DNA from: Candidatus Iainarchaeum sp.
GTDB lineage: Archaea > Iainarchaeota > Iainarchaeia > JAGGVJ01
Direction: 5' to 3'
Length of the DNA stretch: 56,198 bases
NCBI GenBank assembly: GCA_021158055.1
Contig: JAGGVJ010000004.1
Span: forward strand, 1-56,198
Positions 48,165 through 56,198 of the stretch are shown one piece after another. The translations under genes and the position numbers were made by a program. Position 1 is the first letter of the stretch. The number at the start of each line of letters is the position of its first letter. The notes beneath the pieces are model-generated. The model did no database searches, had not been told where the DNA came from, and saw nothing but the letters and a program-made list of their open reading frames with translations.

Positions 48165-48683
48165 TTATTCCACGCTGATTTTTCTTTTTTCAATGTCTTT
48201 TTCGCCTTTTTCCATGGTGACTTCAAGTATGCCGTTGTTGTATTTTGCCTTGGACGTTTTTTCAATCACTTCGCACGGGAGCTTCAAAACTTTGCGAAAG
48301 TGCTTGTCGCCGTTTTCTGCGGTTATTTCCATGTCTTTGCCGTTGATTGAAACCACTATCTCTTCTTTTGAACAGCCCGGGAGTTCCACGGTAACAATAA
48401 TGTGCTGGTGGTCTTCGTTTACAAAAGTAAGCGGTTCGCGTTCACCTGAATGCTCCAGCTCTCCGCCTGCGCCTTTTACAATGTTCCCGAACTCGTCCAC
48501 TGTCGGCTTTCCGTCAGGCCCCACTTTCATTGAAAACCCGTAAACGTACGGTTCGCTTGAGCCGCCGAGTTCAATGTCTTTTATCATGTTTTGAACCATT
48601 TTTTCCATCATTTCGTCAATGCGGTCAAATTCACCTAAAATGTCAAAAGATTTTTTTGTTGTTTTTTTGTCATCTTCACCCAT
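48165..48683 (-). CDS. hsp20: Small heat shock protein, archaeal Hsp20
   Basis: PYVYGFSMKVGPDGKP..EFGN, REPL, ELPG, AKYNNGILEV. Confidence 0.93.
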   Translation of the reverse strand: MGEDDKKTTKKSFDILGEFDRIDEMMEKMVQNMIKDIELGGSSEPYVYGFSMKVGPDGKPTVDEFGNIVKGAGGELEHSGEREPLTFVNEDHQHIIVTVELPGCSKEEIVVSINGKDMEITAENGDKHFRKVLKLPCEVIEKTSKAKYNNGILEVTMEKGEKDIEKRKISVE

Positions 48684-49177
48684 AAAGCCACCTCTAACAA
48701 ATTTAAGGACTAAATTATTAAATAAACAAATGTTTCTTTTTTTATATACCTTTACTCATCAAAAATTAATTAACGCTTTATGCCTTATTTTATATTTAAC
48801 AATATTATTCTATACTTAACAGTATATTATGTTTGACGCACAACCATCATCAAAAGTGTTAGTTTATAAACAACATTGTGCATATATTATTTAATTAGTG
48901 CGTAGTAACTGTTTTTGAAAGTTTTGAAAAATTTCAAAATCACTCATTAAATTGAAGTATTTTTAACTGCAAAATGCAATGTATTATAATTCATTTATAT
49001 AGTTTAATCCAATTTACAGTCAATTCACATAATATCCCTCAGTCAATTTACATGAGATTAACCGTCTCATAAACACAATCGCTCAGCCGATTTCACCAGA
49101 CAATCAACGGTTGATTGCATCAAAATAACACGTGATTCACATCACGATAAAAAAATCAATAAAAAGGAGTTTTTAAT

Positions 49178-50446
49178 ATGAAAATAAATTGTTTAGGCGC
49201 CTGCCAGGAAGTAGGGCGCTCCGGGTTTTTGGTTAGTGAAAACAACTCAAATGTTCTTCTTGACTACGGGCTCTTGTTTGACGACAACAACAAATTAATG
49301 TACCCAGTAAAACCGCAAGAAAAAGTAGACGCGTGCATTTTAAGCCACGCGCACCTGGACCACTCCGGGTTTATTCCAAATATTTTTGCATCAGGCAAAC
49401 CCAAACTTGTTCTGACAGAACCAACACTGAAATTAGCTGAACTGCTTTGGGCAGACAGCTTAAAAATCGCAAGACTAAACGGTGAACGACCGCCTTTTTT
49501 CGAGCAGGACATGCAAAAAGCCAGCGACAGCTCAATAATTGCAGGTTACGGCAAGGAAGCGGACCTTGGAAAAACAACTTCAACAACCCTCCTTGACGCG
49601 GGACACATTCCCGGCAGTTCAATGGCTTACATTGATTTCGGTTCAAAAACCCTGCTTTACACCGGAGACTTCAACACATCAGACTCCAGGCTCCAGACAG
49701 GCGCAAGCAGCGAGATGCCCGGAGACGTTGACGTGCTTATTGTTGAAAGCACTTACTGTAACCGGGAACACGAACCAAGGGAGAAAGTCGAAAAGCATTT
49801 CCTTGAAAAAATTGCTGAAACACTTGAAAACGGCGGGGTTGCAATGGTTCCGGCGTTCGCGGTGGGAAGGGCACAGGAAATCCTTCAGGTTATTTCAGAC
49901 CGTGACTTTGGAGTCCCGGTCTACCTTGACGGGATGGCAAAAGACGCTTCCGACATAATTGTCTCTTACCCTGGGTTTATCCGCGACTATGACGGTCTTC
50001 AAAGCGCTTTGCAGGAATGCATCTGGATTGAAAACGAACGGGAAAGAAAAAGAATCAAAAAAGAGCCGTATATCGTCGTAACAACTGCAGGAATGCTTTC
50101 AGGCGGTCCGATTTACCATTACTTGTGGGCAAACAGGAAAAACAATGATTCAAAAATACTGCTTACAGGTTATCAGGTGCCCGGAACCCCCGGCGAAAGG
50201 CTCATGCGCGAAGGTGTCATTGACATAAGAAACACTGAGCTTGCCGTGAAACAGGAAGTCATCAAGTTTGATTTCTCATCGCATGCAGGTAAAAAAGAAA
50301 TCTTTTCTTTTGTTAAAGACGTAAACCCGGAAAACATAGTGTGTGTTCACGGGGACAAAGAAAACACAATCGGCTTTGCAACCCGACTGAAAGAAAAAGG
50401 CTTCAACGCAGTCGCTCCAAAGCTCAAAGACATTCTGAAATTTTAA
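49178..50446 (+). CDS. Beta-CASP metallo-beta-lactamase ribonuclease without KH domains (aCPSF2-like)
   Basis: LGACQEVGRS, SHAHLDH, GHIPGS, YTGD, ESTY, GRAQE, FSSHA, VHG. Confidence 0.92.
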   Translation: MKINCLGACQEVGRSGFLVSENNSNVLLDYGLLFDDNNKLMYPVKPQEKVDACILSHAHLDHSGFIPNIFASGKPKLVLTEPTLKLAELLWADSLKIARLNGERPPFFEQDMQKASDSSIIAGYGKEADLGKTTSTTLLDAGHIPGSSMAYIDFGSKTLLYTGDFNTSDSRLQTGASSEMPGDVDVLIVESTYCNREHEPREKVEKHFLEKIAETLENGGVAMVPAFAVGRAQEILQVISDRDFGVPVYLDGMAKDASDIIVSYPGFIRDYDGLQSALQECIWIENERERKRIKKEPYIVVTTAGMLSGGPIYHYLWANRKNNDSKILLTGYQVPGTPGERLMREGVIDIRNTELAVKQEVIKFDFSSHAGKKEIFSFVKDVNPENIVCVHGDKENTIGFATRLKEKGFNAVAPKLKDILKF

Positions 50447-50462
50447 AAACTGCAAATGCAAA

Positions 50463-50483
50463 TCAGGGAAAACGCTTCCCTGA
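50463..50483 (+). terminator. 8-bp hairpin downstream of the beta-CASP gene
   Basis: tcagggaa-aacgc-ttccctga, 16 nt after the stop codon; no T-tract follows directly. Confidence 0.4.
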
Positions 50484-50630
50484 CTGCATCAAGTTACAGT
50501 TACCCTGCTTATTCTGAATTGTTTGTTTAATCAAATTTATTTTAATTGAATTTGAATCTATATTACATTTATCCTGATTAAAAACTAAAGTATTTATAAC
50601 TTCTTTGAATTTACTTTTAAAAAGGATAAA

Positions 50631-53537
50631 ATGGATAAATTTGTTTATTACTTGGCTTTTTGGATAGTTTCATTTTTATTAGCGTCAGCAATGATTACCT
50701 TGAGTCAAAACAGCATTGAAAAAAACAACTTGACAGGCTATTTTACGCTCTTGACTGTCGGCAGTGAATCAGGCACAAGTGACACGACAACAGATCACAA
50801 CAAACCGCAAATTTACATCTACCCCCCTGAACCCAACTACTACTCAGGCGAAGTGATAATAAACGGCAATGTTTATTCGCCTGACAAAAAAATCATTACC
50901 ATAATAGCAACCGCGGACGACTCGGGAGAGTGGGTTGAAATTCCCTTAAGCGAAAGTGCCATCGCTTCAGGTTACAACGAAGACTGGTCATACCCTGTGG
51001 ACACAACAACCCTTCCTGACGGGACACACACATTCAGGATAATTGCAGTTGACGATACTGGAACCAACTCCGAACCCGCGGGCATTTCTGTTTCAACTGA
51101 CAATACTGCGCCGGAGGTGTTTTTTTCCACAACAAGGTTTGCTGAAGGCGATGTAAATTTGTTGTTTGAAATAAACGATGAAACAACAGGTGTAAAAAGC
51201 ACTGACGCAATCACTTACACCGTAACCGGCAGTGACGGAAATACCGCAGGCAGCGGAAATCCCCGGTGTTCAGGCGAATGCATCGGCAATCCTGCTCAAA
51301 GCTGTTTTTGCAAAGTCAGCATACCGTCACTTGAAGCAGGGAATTACCAGTTAACAGTTTCTGCAACTGATTCTGCCTTGCCTGAAAACACAGGGGAAAC
51401 CATAAATGAGTTCATTGTCAACGCTGCCGAAACTTTGGAACCGGTTGACGACACGCCCCCGCAAATTCATTCTGAGATGCCTGATGAGGTTTTTGCAGGG
51501 GAAATATTTTCCATTGACATAAAAGCGGTTGATGACACTGGATTGCGTGCCTGCAGCATTTTTGTTGACAGCAGCGAGTTGACTTCCATGGGCATTCCTT
51601 TGCCTTGCAGTGAATGCAGTGCCTCCAAAGAAATTTCGATAGATTCTCACGGGGACCACGTGATAACAATCTCCTGCACTGATTCAAGTGCAAATGAAAG
51701 CACAGTGGAAAAGACCATTTATGTAAAACCGGCAATGGACGTGACTGACGACAGAACAACTTCCACAACCGACACCGAAACAACCACTGCGACAGATACA
51801 ACCGACACAACCGGCGATGAAACCACCGGTGCAACAGATACGACCCACGACGAAACAACAACTCTGACCGACGAAACAAAAGCAGTGCCCATGATCTATG
51901 AAATGAAACTGAATGAAGGGAATGAATTCACAAACCAGAGGCAAATCAACATATTTTTTTCAGCCTCGGAAGTCATACAATGCAGGATTAAAAACGAGGG
52001 GGAAAACTGGTCTGAATGGAGCGAAGTAAAAGACGTCTATTGCCTGACTTTGCCTGAAGGAGACGGGGAAAAGGCAGTGCTGATGCAGTGTGAAAACGAA
52101 GCGGGAGACCTTGTTGAAGCAAAGCGTTCAATTACACTTGACTCCCAATCGCCAATGATTTTTGAAGTCAGTCCTTCAAGCGATTTAACAGTAAATAAAA
52201 ACAAGATGCAATTTATCGCGCGCATAGGCGACAATCTGTCGAAATTAAGGTCATGCGAGTTTGAAGTTTACTTAAACGAAGAAAAAACTGAAAAAACCAG
52301 ATTGCGCGAAAGTGAAGACAAATGCGTTCTTGAAATTGGCAATTTACAAAAAGGGGACGTGCTTAAAGTGAATGTGCGCGCCATAGACACAGCCGGAAAC
52401 AAAAGCAACCTTGTTTCCTTTGGAACAGCGCAAATCCAGCCAGCAAAAATCGGTGCAGACACCGCCGATCCAGATGGCGGCAGCGAACCAGGCAATAGCA
52501 CAACCGGCACGTTAACCCCTGTAAAAGTTTCCCTTGATATGAAAATTTTACTTGTTGCAAGCAAAAACAATGAGGGAAACTGTGTTGAGGAAATTGTAAG
52601 GGGCAACAGAACATTTGTCCTGGCAAATGCACAGGTAACACCACAAGACGCTGAAGCTGAAAAGAACCTGAAAGTCTTTGTAACCGGCCCAAAAAATGAG
52701 GCCATAAAAGCATCAAAAATTGAAAAAATAAAGCTTTGCAACAAAGAATACAGCAATGTGTTCGCACTTGAAAAACAGTTTGACTTTGCAGGTGTTGATT
52801 CCTGGGTTGTGCGGGTGGATGCAAGAACAATTGATTCAGGCAGGCATGACCTGCAGGCAAATGACTCGATACAATTCAGGATAAAAGAGGAAAAAATACA
52901 AATTGAACTGGTCGGAGACATAAGAAAAACAAGCGACGAAAAAAACACTTACGAACTGACTTTCAGGACAAAATATGACTCATCTGAAGACATCCCTGAA
53001 GTTGTAACCGTCAAGGTCGGGAACCAAATAGTTGAGGCAAAAAAAACCGGGGACGGGTCTTACACTCTCGTGCTTCAGGAAGAGCAGTTGAGTGCAAATC
53101 TCATGGCTGAAGACGGGTTTGGCAACATGGGAGTGATAAACCTGCCGAAAATGCCTGTTGATGTCTCTGCAAGCATGCAGGCTTCGCGACCTGAAGAAAA
53201 AACCGCGTCATTGCTTGCCTTGTTATTCCCGATAGTCCTGTATGCATTCATCTTTGCAGTTTTGATTACAGGGGCTTATTATTACTGGAGCAAAAAACAT
53301 GCATGGAAAAGAAAAATCAATAAGCAGATAACTGAAAAAAAGAAAGAAATCGAGTCAATAAGCCACCTGATTAAGGCAAGTAAAATCGAATATTTCAAGC
53401 GGCACATAAGCGAGGAGACCCTCAAAAAACGGGTTCTTGAATATCAGGATAAATCAAACACGCTGGAAAGAGAGATATCCGGACTTGAAAAACAAGTAAA
53501 CCAAAGAAAGATAATTTCAGATATCCTGAAAAGATAA
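50631..53537 (+). CDS. Large cell-surface protein: Ig-like repeats, Thr/Asp-rich linker, C-terminal TM and cytoplasmic coiled coil
   Basis: Signal/TM at the N-terminus; DTTTLPDGTHT, DNTAP, DDTPP and AIDTAGN Ig-like signatures; TTSTTDTETTTATDTT linker; TM near residues 860-885. Confidence 0.85.
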   Translation: MDKFVYYLAFWIVSFLLASAMITLSQNSIEKNNLTGYFTLLTVGSESGTSDTTTDHNKPQIYIYPPEPNYYSGEVIINGNVYSPDKKIITIIATADDSGEWVEIPLSESAIASGYNEDWSYPVDTTTLPDGTHTFRIIAVDDTGTNSEPAGISVSTDNTAPEVFFSTTRFAEGDVNLLFEINDETTGVKSTDAITYTVTGSDGNTAGSGNPRCSGECIGNPAQSCFCKVSIPSLEAGNYQLTVSATDSALPENTGETINEFIVNAAETLEPVDDTPPQIHSEMPDEVFAGEIFSIDIKAVDDTGLRACSIFVDSSELTSMGIPLPCSECSASKEISIDSHGDHVITISCTDSSANESTVEKTIYVKPAMDVTDDRTTSTTDTETTTATDTTDTTGDETTGATDTTHDETTTLTDETKAVPMIYEMKLNEGNEFTNQRQINIFFSASEVIQCRIKNEGENWSEWSEVKDVYCLTLPEGDGEKAVLMQCENEAGDLVEAKRSITLDSQSPMIFEVSPSSDLTVNKNKMQFIARIGDNLSKLRSCEFEVYLNEEKTEKTRLRESEDKCVLEIGNLQKGDVLKVNVRAIDTAGNKSNLVSFGTAQIQPAKIGADTADPDGGSEPGNSTTGTLTPVKVSLDMKILLVASKNNEGNCVEEIVRGNRTFVLANAQVTPQDAEAEKNLKVFVTGPKNEAIKASKIEKIKLCNKEYSNVFALEKQFDFAGVDSWVVRVDARTIDSGRHDLQANDSIQFRIKEEKIQIELVGDIRKTSDEKNTYELTFRTKYDSSEDIPEVVTVKVGNQIVEAKKTGDGSYTLVLQEEQLSANLMAEDGFGNMGVINLPKMPVDVSASMQASRPEEKTASLLALLFPIVLYAFIFAVLITGAYYYWSKKHAWKRKINKQITEKKKEIESISHLIKASKIEYFKRHISEETLKKRVLEYQDKSNTLEREISGLEKQVNQRKIISDILKR

Positions 53538-53618
53538 AGCAACCGTTTAGTTTAACAATTTCAAATTACATATGCATACACTATGTAAAGTGATAATCGT
53601 GAAACTTGAGTGATAATC

Positions 53619-54413
53619 ATGAAACCCAGATTTTGCCCGAAATGCGGAGTAACTGAAGACAAGGCAGTTTTTGTTAAAGGTTTTTGCAAAAAGTGCTTTC
53701 TTGAAAAAGAAAACCTAATCCAGGCCCCGATAAGTGTAGGTATTCCGTTTTGCATGGACTGTGAAAAGATCTACTTCAAGGGGCATATGGTTTTCGGGAC
53801 AGAAAAAACTTTTTTGAAGCTGTTATCAAAACAGATGGACACAAAAATCCTTGACAAACCAAGTTTTTCAATAGAAATGCATGAAGGAGACAACCCCTTA
53901 AAACTGCGGGCAAAAGTTGTTGCAAGCGGTCTTGTTGACGGAAAGGAACTTTCCTTTGAACAGGATTTTTTGATAAGCCTTGAAAAAAAACAGTGCAGCA
54001 CCTGTAAAAAAATATCCGCAGGGTATTTTCAGTCAAGGATAGAGTTGCGGTGGGACGTGAAAGAACAAGACGTCAAAAACACCCTTAAGATTCTTAAAAA
54101 GCATGCGGCAGCACTTAAAAAAGAAGGCGTTGAAGACACGTTCATCTCAGGGGTCGCCGAAGTAAAAGACGGCGTCGACATCCTTTTGGGTTCATATCAT
54201 TTGGCGGAGCGTTCAATCAAGGAAATCGCAAAAAAACTCGATTCAAGATGCAGGGTGTCAAAAAAACTGCTCGGAATAGACCGGGAGACCTCTAAACAAA
54301 GGTACAGGAGTTATTACAAATTTGTAATCAGGCCTGCGGAGGAAAAAGAAAACGAGAGCGGGTTTGACACTGCAGTTGAAGAAACAGATGAACCGGCTGA
54401 TGAAGAAGAGTAG
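53619..54413 (+). CDS. nmd3: NMD3-family protein
   Basis: FCPKCG...FCKKC, CMDC, CSTCKKISAGYFQSRIELR, GVD, KLLGIDR. Confidence 0.85.
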   Translation: MKPRFCPKCGVTEDKAVFVKGFCKKCFLEKENLIQAPISVGIPFCMDCEKIYFKGHMVFGTEKTFLKLLSKQMDTKILDKPSFSIEMHEGDNPLKLRAKVVASGLVDGKELSFEQDFLISLEKKQCSTCKKISAGYFQSRIELRWDVKEQDVKNTLKILKKHAAALKKEGVEDTFISGVAEVKDGVDILLGSYHLAERSIKEIAKKLDSRCRVSKKLLGIDRETSKQRYRSYYKFVIRPAEEKENESGFDTAVEETDEPADEEE

Positions 54414-54422
54414 TTTGCACGA

Positions 54423-55139
54423 TCATTTCTTGTATGACTCGTATTTTTTGAGGTTTGAACTAATCTCGCTTTGTTTTATTTTTGAAATAACCAAAGGTAT
54501 TTTCTCAACTTCCGCTATTTTGAGTGCAAGGGGGTCAATTTCGTCAATCCCATGCATGACTACCAGTGCGGGCTTTAGTTTCATGCTGAACCCTGATATA
54601 CGAAGTGCAATCATGGGGGAACGGCCGCTTGTGACATTTGTGAATATCAATGCTCTTTTAGATGTTGCACCGAATATCTTTATGAAACTGTCAATCGGAA
54701 CTTCAAGAATTGCTTTTATGCTATCGATTATTGTGTAACCGTATATTGTGCTGTTTTTCAAGGCATTTCTGTTTATGATTACTCTGCCGGATATATTTTC
54801 AACAAAATGCTCTCCGTTTACCGGACCGTAAAACTCGTGTATTTCAAACGGCGCCTTGCTTGTCATGTCTTCTGAAAGGCATCTTATTGTAGCGCCGTCT
54901 TTGTTCATGTCAATTTTTATCAGCGCCTCAATGAATCGCTTTATGACTGAAATTCCAGGGGATTTTCTCCTGCCTCCCTCGTAATCAGATATCGTTGAAG
55001 AAGAAACTCCAAGGTATCCCGCAAGTTCAGTTTGGTTTATCTGGAATATCTCCCGCCATTTTCGCATTGACTTGCCGGCCTCTTTTGACATTGCTATTTC
55101 GCCGGCCATTGTAATGCTTAATTTGTCAGTGTTTTCCAT
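54423..55139 (-). CDS. XRE-type HTH transcriptional regulator (conserved archaeal family)
   Basis: AGEIAMS...MRKWREIF.INQTELA...ISDYEGGRRKSPG, GYTIIDS, TSGRSPMIA. Confidence 0.88.
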   Translation of the reverse strand: MENTDKLSITMAGEIAMSKEAGKSMRKWREIFQINQTELAGYLGVSSSTISDYEGGRRKSPGISVIKRFIEALIKIDMNKDGATIRCLSEDMTSKAPFEIHEFYGPVNGEHFVENISGRVIINRNALKNSTIYGYTIIDSIKAILEVPIDSFIKIFGATSKRALIFTNVTSGRSPMIALRISGFSMKLKPALVVMHGIDEIDPLALKIAEVEKIPLVISKIKQSEISSNLKKYESYKK

Positions 55140-55244
55140 TAATAAAAGTTAAACTGAAAAACTATATTAATGTAACGAAATAAACCTCCCGATACAACAA
55201 AATAAACACCCTAAAAAAACTCAACTGAATCAGGATTCAAAAAG

Positions 55245-55862
55245 TCAGATTTTCATCTCTGTTCCAACGTAAAGCACGAACATGCCGACAACTGAAATGA
55301 GTATTACAACCAGCAGCGAATTCAAATCAGGTGCCTGGGTTGAAACATTAGACAACAAGCCAAACAAGGTGGACAAAGTAAAACCGATTATCGCAATGCC
55401 TATGGCTATCAACCCCCAGCGGATAACCACGTTTCCGGTTATTTTGGGGCGCATTAATGAAAGTTCTTCCAACCTTTTTTTCACTGCGTCTTGATTGTTG
55501 CCAAGCAAGGAAATTTTTTTGTCAATGAGATCCATTCGCAAGTCAAGTTCGTTTTGCATTTTCAAATTGCGTTTTTCAAGGCTTTCAGTGAAAGACTTCA
55601 GTTCAGAAACAATTGCTTCACTTATCTTTTTTTCAAAAGCAGAGTACAGAACTGACTGGTTGCTTTTAAGTTCTTCCTGAAGCCACGTCACAACCTGTCG
55701 TTTTACTTTCACAACCAGGTTTTTTTTGGCATTTGAAAGAATTGTTTTTGCGTCTTCTTCTCCGATTCCCTGCGAAACAAGCGTTTCGACAATAACTTTT
55801 TCATCAACATTGTCTTCAAGCATCTTTTGAATAGATTTAACCAGTTTGTTTTCCTGTGCCAT
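55245..55862 (-). CDS. Hypothetical coiled-coil protein with two C-terminal TMs
   Basis: 205-aa ORF, helical N-terminus and two hydrophobic segments. Confidence 0.75.
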   Translation of the reverse strand: MAQENKLVKSIQKMLEDNVDEKVIVETLVSQGIGEEDAKTILSNAKKNLVVKVKRQVVTWLQEELKSNQSVLYSAFEKKISEAIVSELKSFTESLEKRNLKMQNELDLRMDLIDKKISLLGNNQDAVKKRLEELSLMRPKITGNVVIRWGLIAIGIAIIGFTLSTLFGLLSNVSTQAPDLNSLLVVILISVVGMFVLYVGTEMKI

Positions 55863-56072
55863 AATAGAAAAACAAGCTTGTCATTAAAAAAAGTTTTTGT
55901 TGAATAAGACAAATACAGGAAAAACACAGGAAAAATAAAGCTTCGGGAAAATAGTTCTCTTGCCCAAAAGATTTTTATAAGATCCAAAACCAGTTTAAAT
56001 ACAACTTAAAAGCACACGGTTTGTCAATCTGCTAACCTGCTGTTGTTTTGAAAAAAACACGCCGAATTTTAA

Positions 56073-56198
56073 AATACATCTGAAACCGTAAGTAATACAT
56101 CTGAAACCGTAAGTAATACATCTGAAACCGTAAGTAATACATCTGAAACCGTAAGTAATACATCTGAAACCGTAAGTAATACATCTGAAACCGTAAGT
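56073..56198. repeat. Perfect 21-bp tandem repeat, six copies, running to the window end
   Basis: (aatacatctgaaaccgtaagt)x6 with no spacers. Confidence 0.97.

Noticed and set aside
48684-49177. Replication origin
   Set aside because: No ORB-like G-string repeats were recognised and there is no adjacent cdc6/orc1.
56073-56198. CRISPR array
   Set aside because: The copies are directly adjacent with no spacers, and no cas genes are in the window.
1-56198. Prophage, transposon, integron or defence island
   Set aside because: No integrase, transposase, capsid or recognisable defence gene was seen, and no duplicated tRNA 3' end (att site) was noticed.

Overview
Archaeal chromosomal window, most likely from a DPANN-type archaeon (archaeal-type GAPDH/PGK/TPI, exosome, proteasome, GGTGA-type ribosome-binding sites, BHB tRNA intron); the exact lineage cannot be fixed from sequence alone. 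In order it carries: valS (truncated at the window edge); three polytopic membrane proteins, two of them GT-C-like; ogg; a LysW-like zinc ribbon, a DEDD exonuclease and an HExxH peptidase; a CPBP protease; ribL; an intron-containing tRNA-Ile(GAU); trpS; trxA; the full rpl15e-rnp3-rnp2-psmA-SBDS-rrp4-rrp41-rrp42-rpl37ae-rpoP-Brix-pcc1-pfdB-DHH superoperon; a degenerate FdhD; a second DHH protein; two PfkB kinases; an APC permease; pgk/gap/tpiA, interrupted by remnants of a NiFe-hydrogenase module; a secreted Cys-rich metalloprotease; chromosomal protein MC1; a glycogen cluster (galT, GT3, DUF5752-like protein with a histone-H1-like tail, GH57, GT4); mre11; acdAB; hsp20; a beta-CASP nuclease; a large surface protein; nmd3; and a perfect 21-bp tandem array at the window end. 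The best novelty candidates are the MC1/H1-like-tail/glycogen locus, the ADAM-like protease, the GT-C membrane trio, the hydrogenase relics and recurrent short duplications around start codons. All family assignments are from motif recognition, not database searches.
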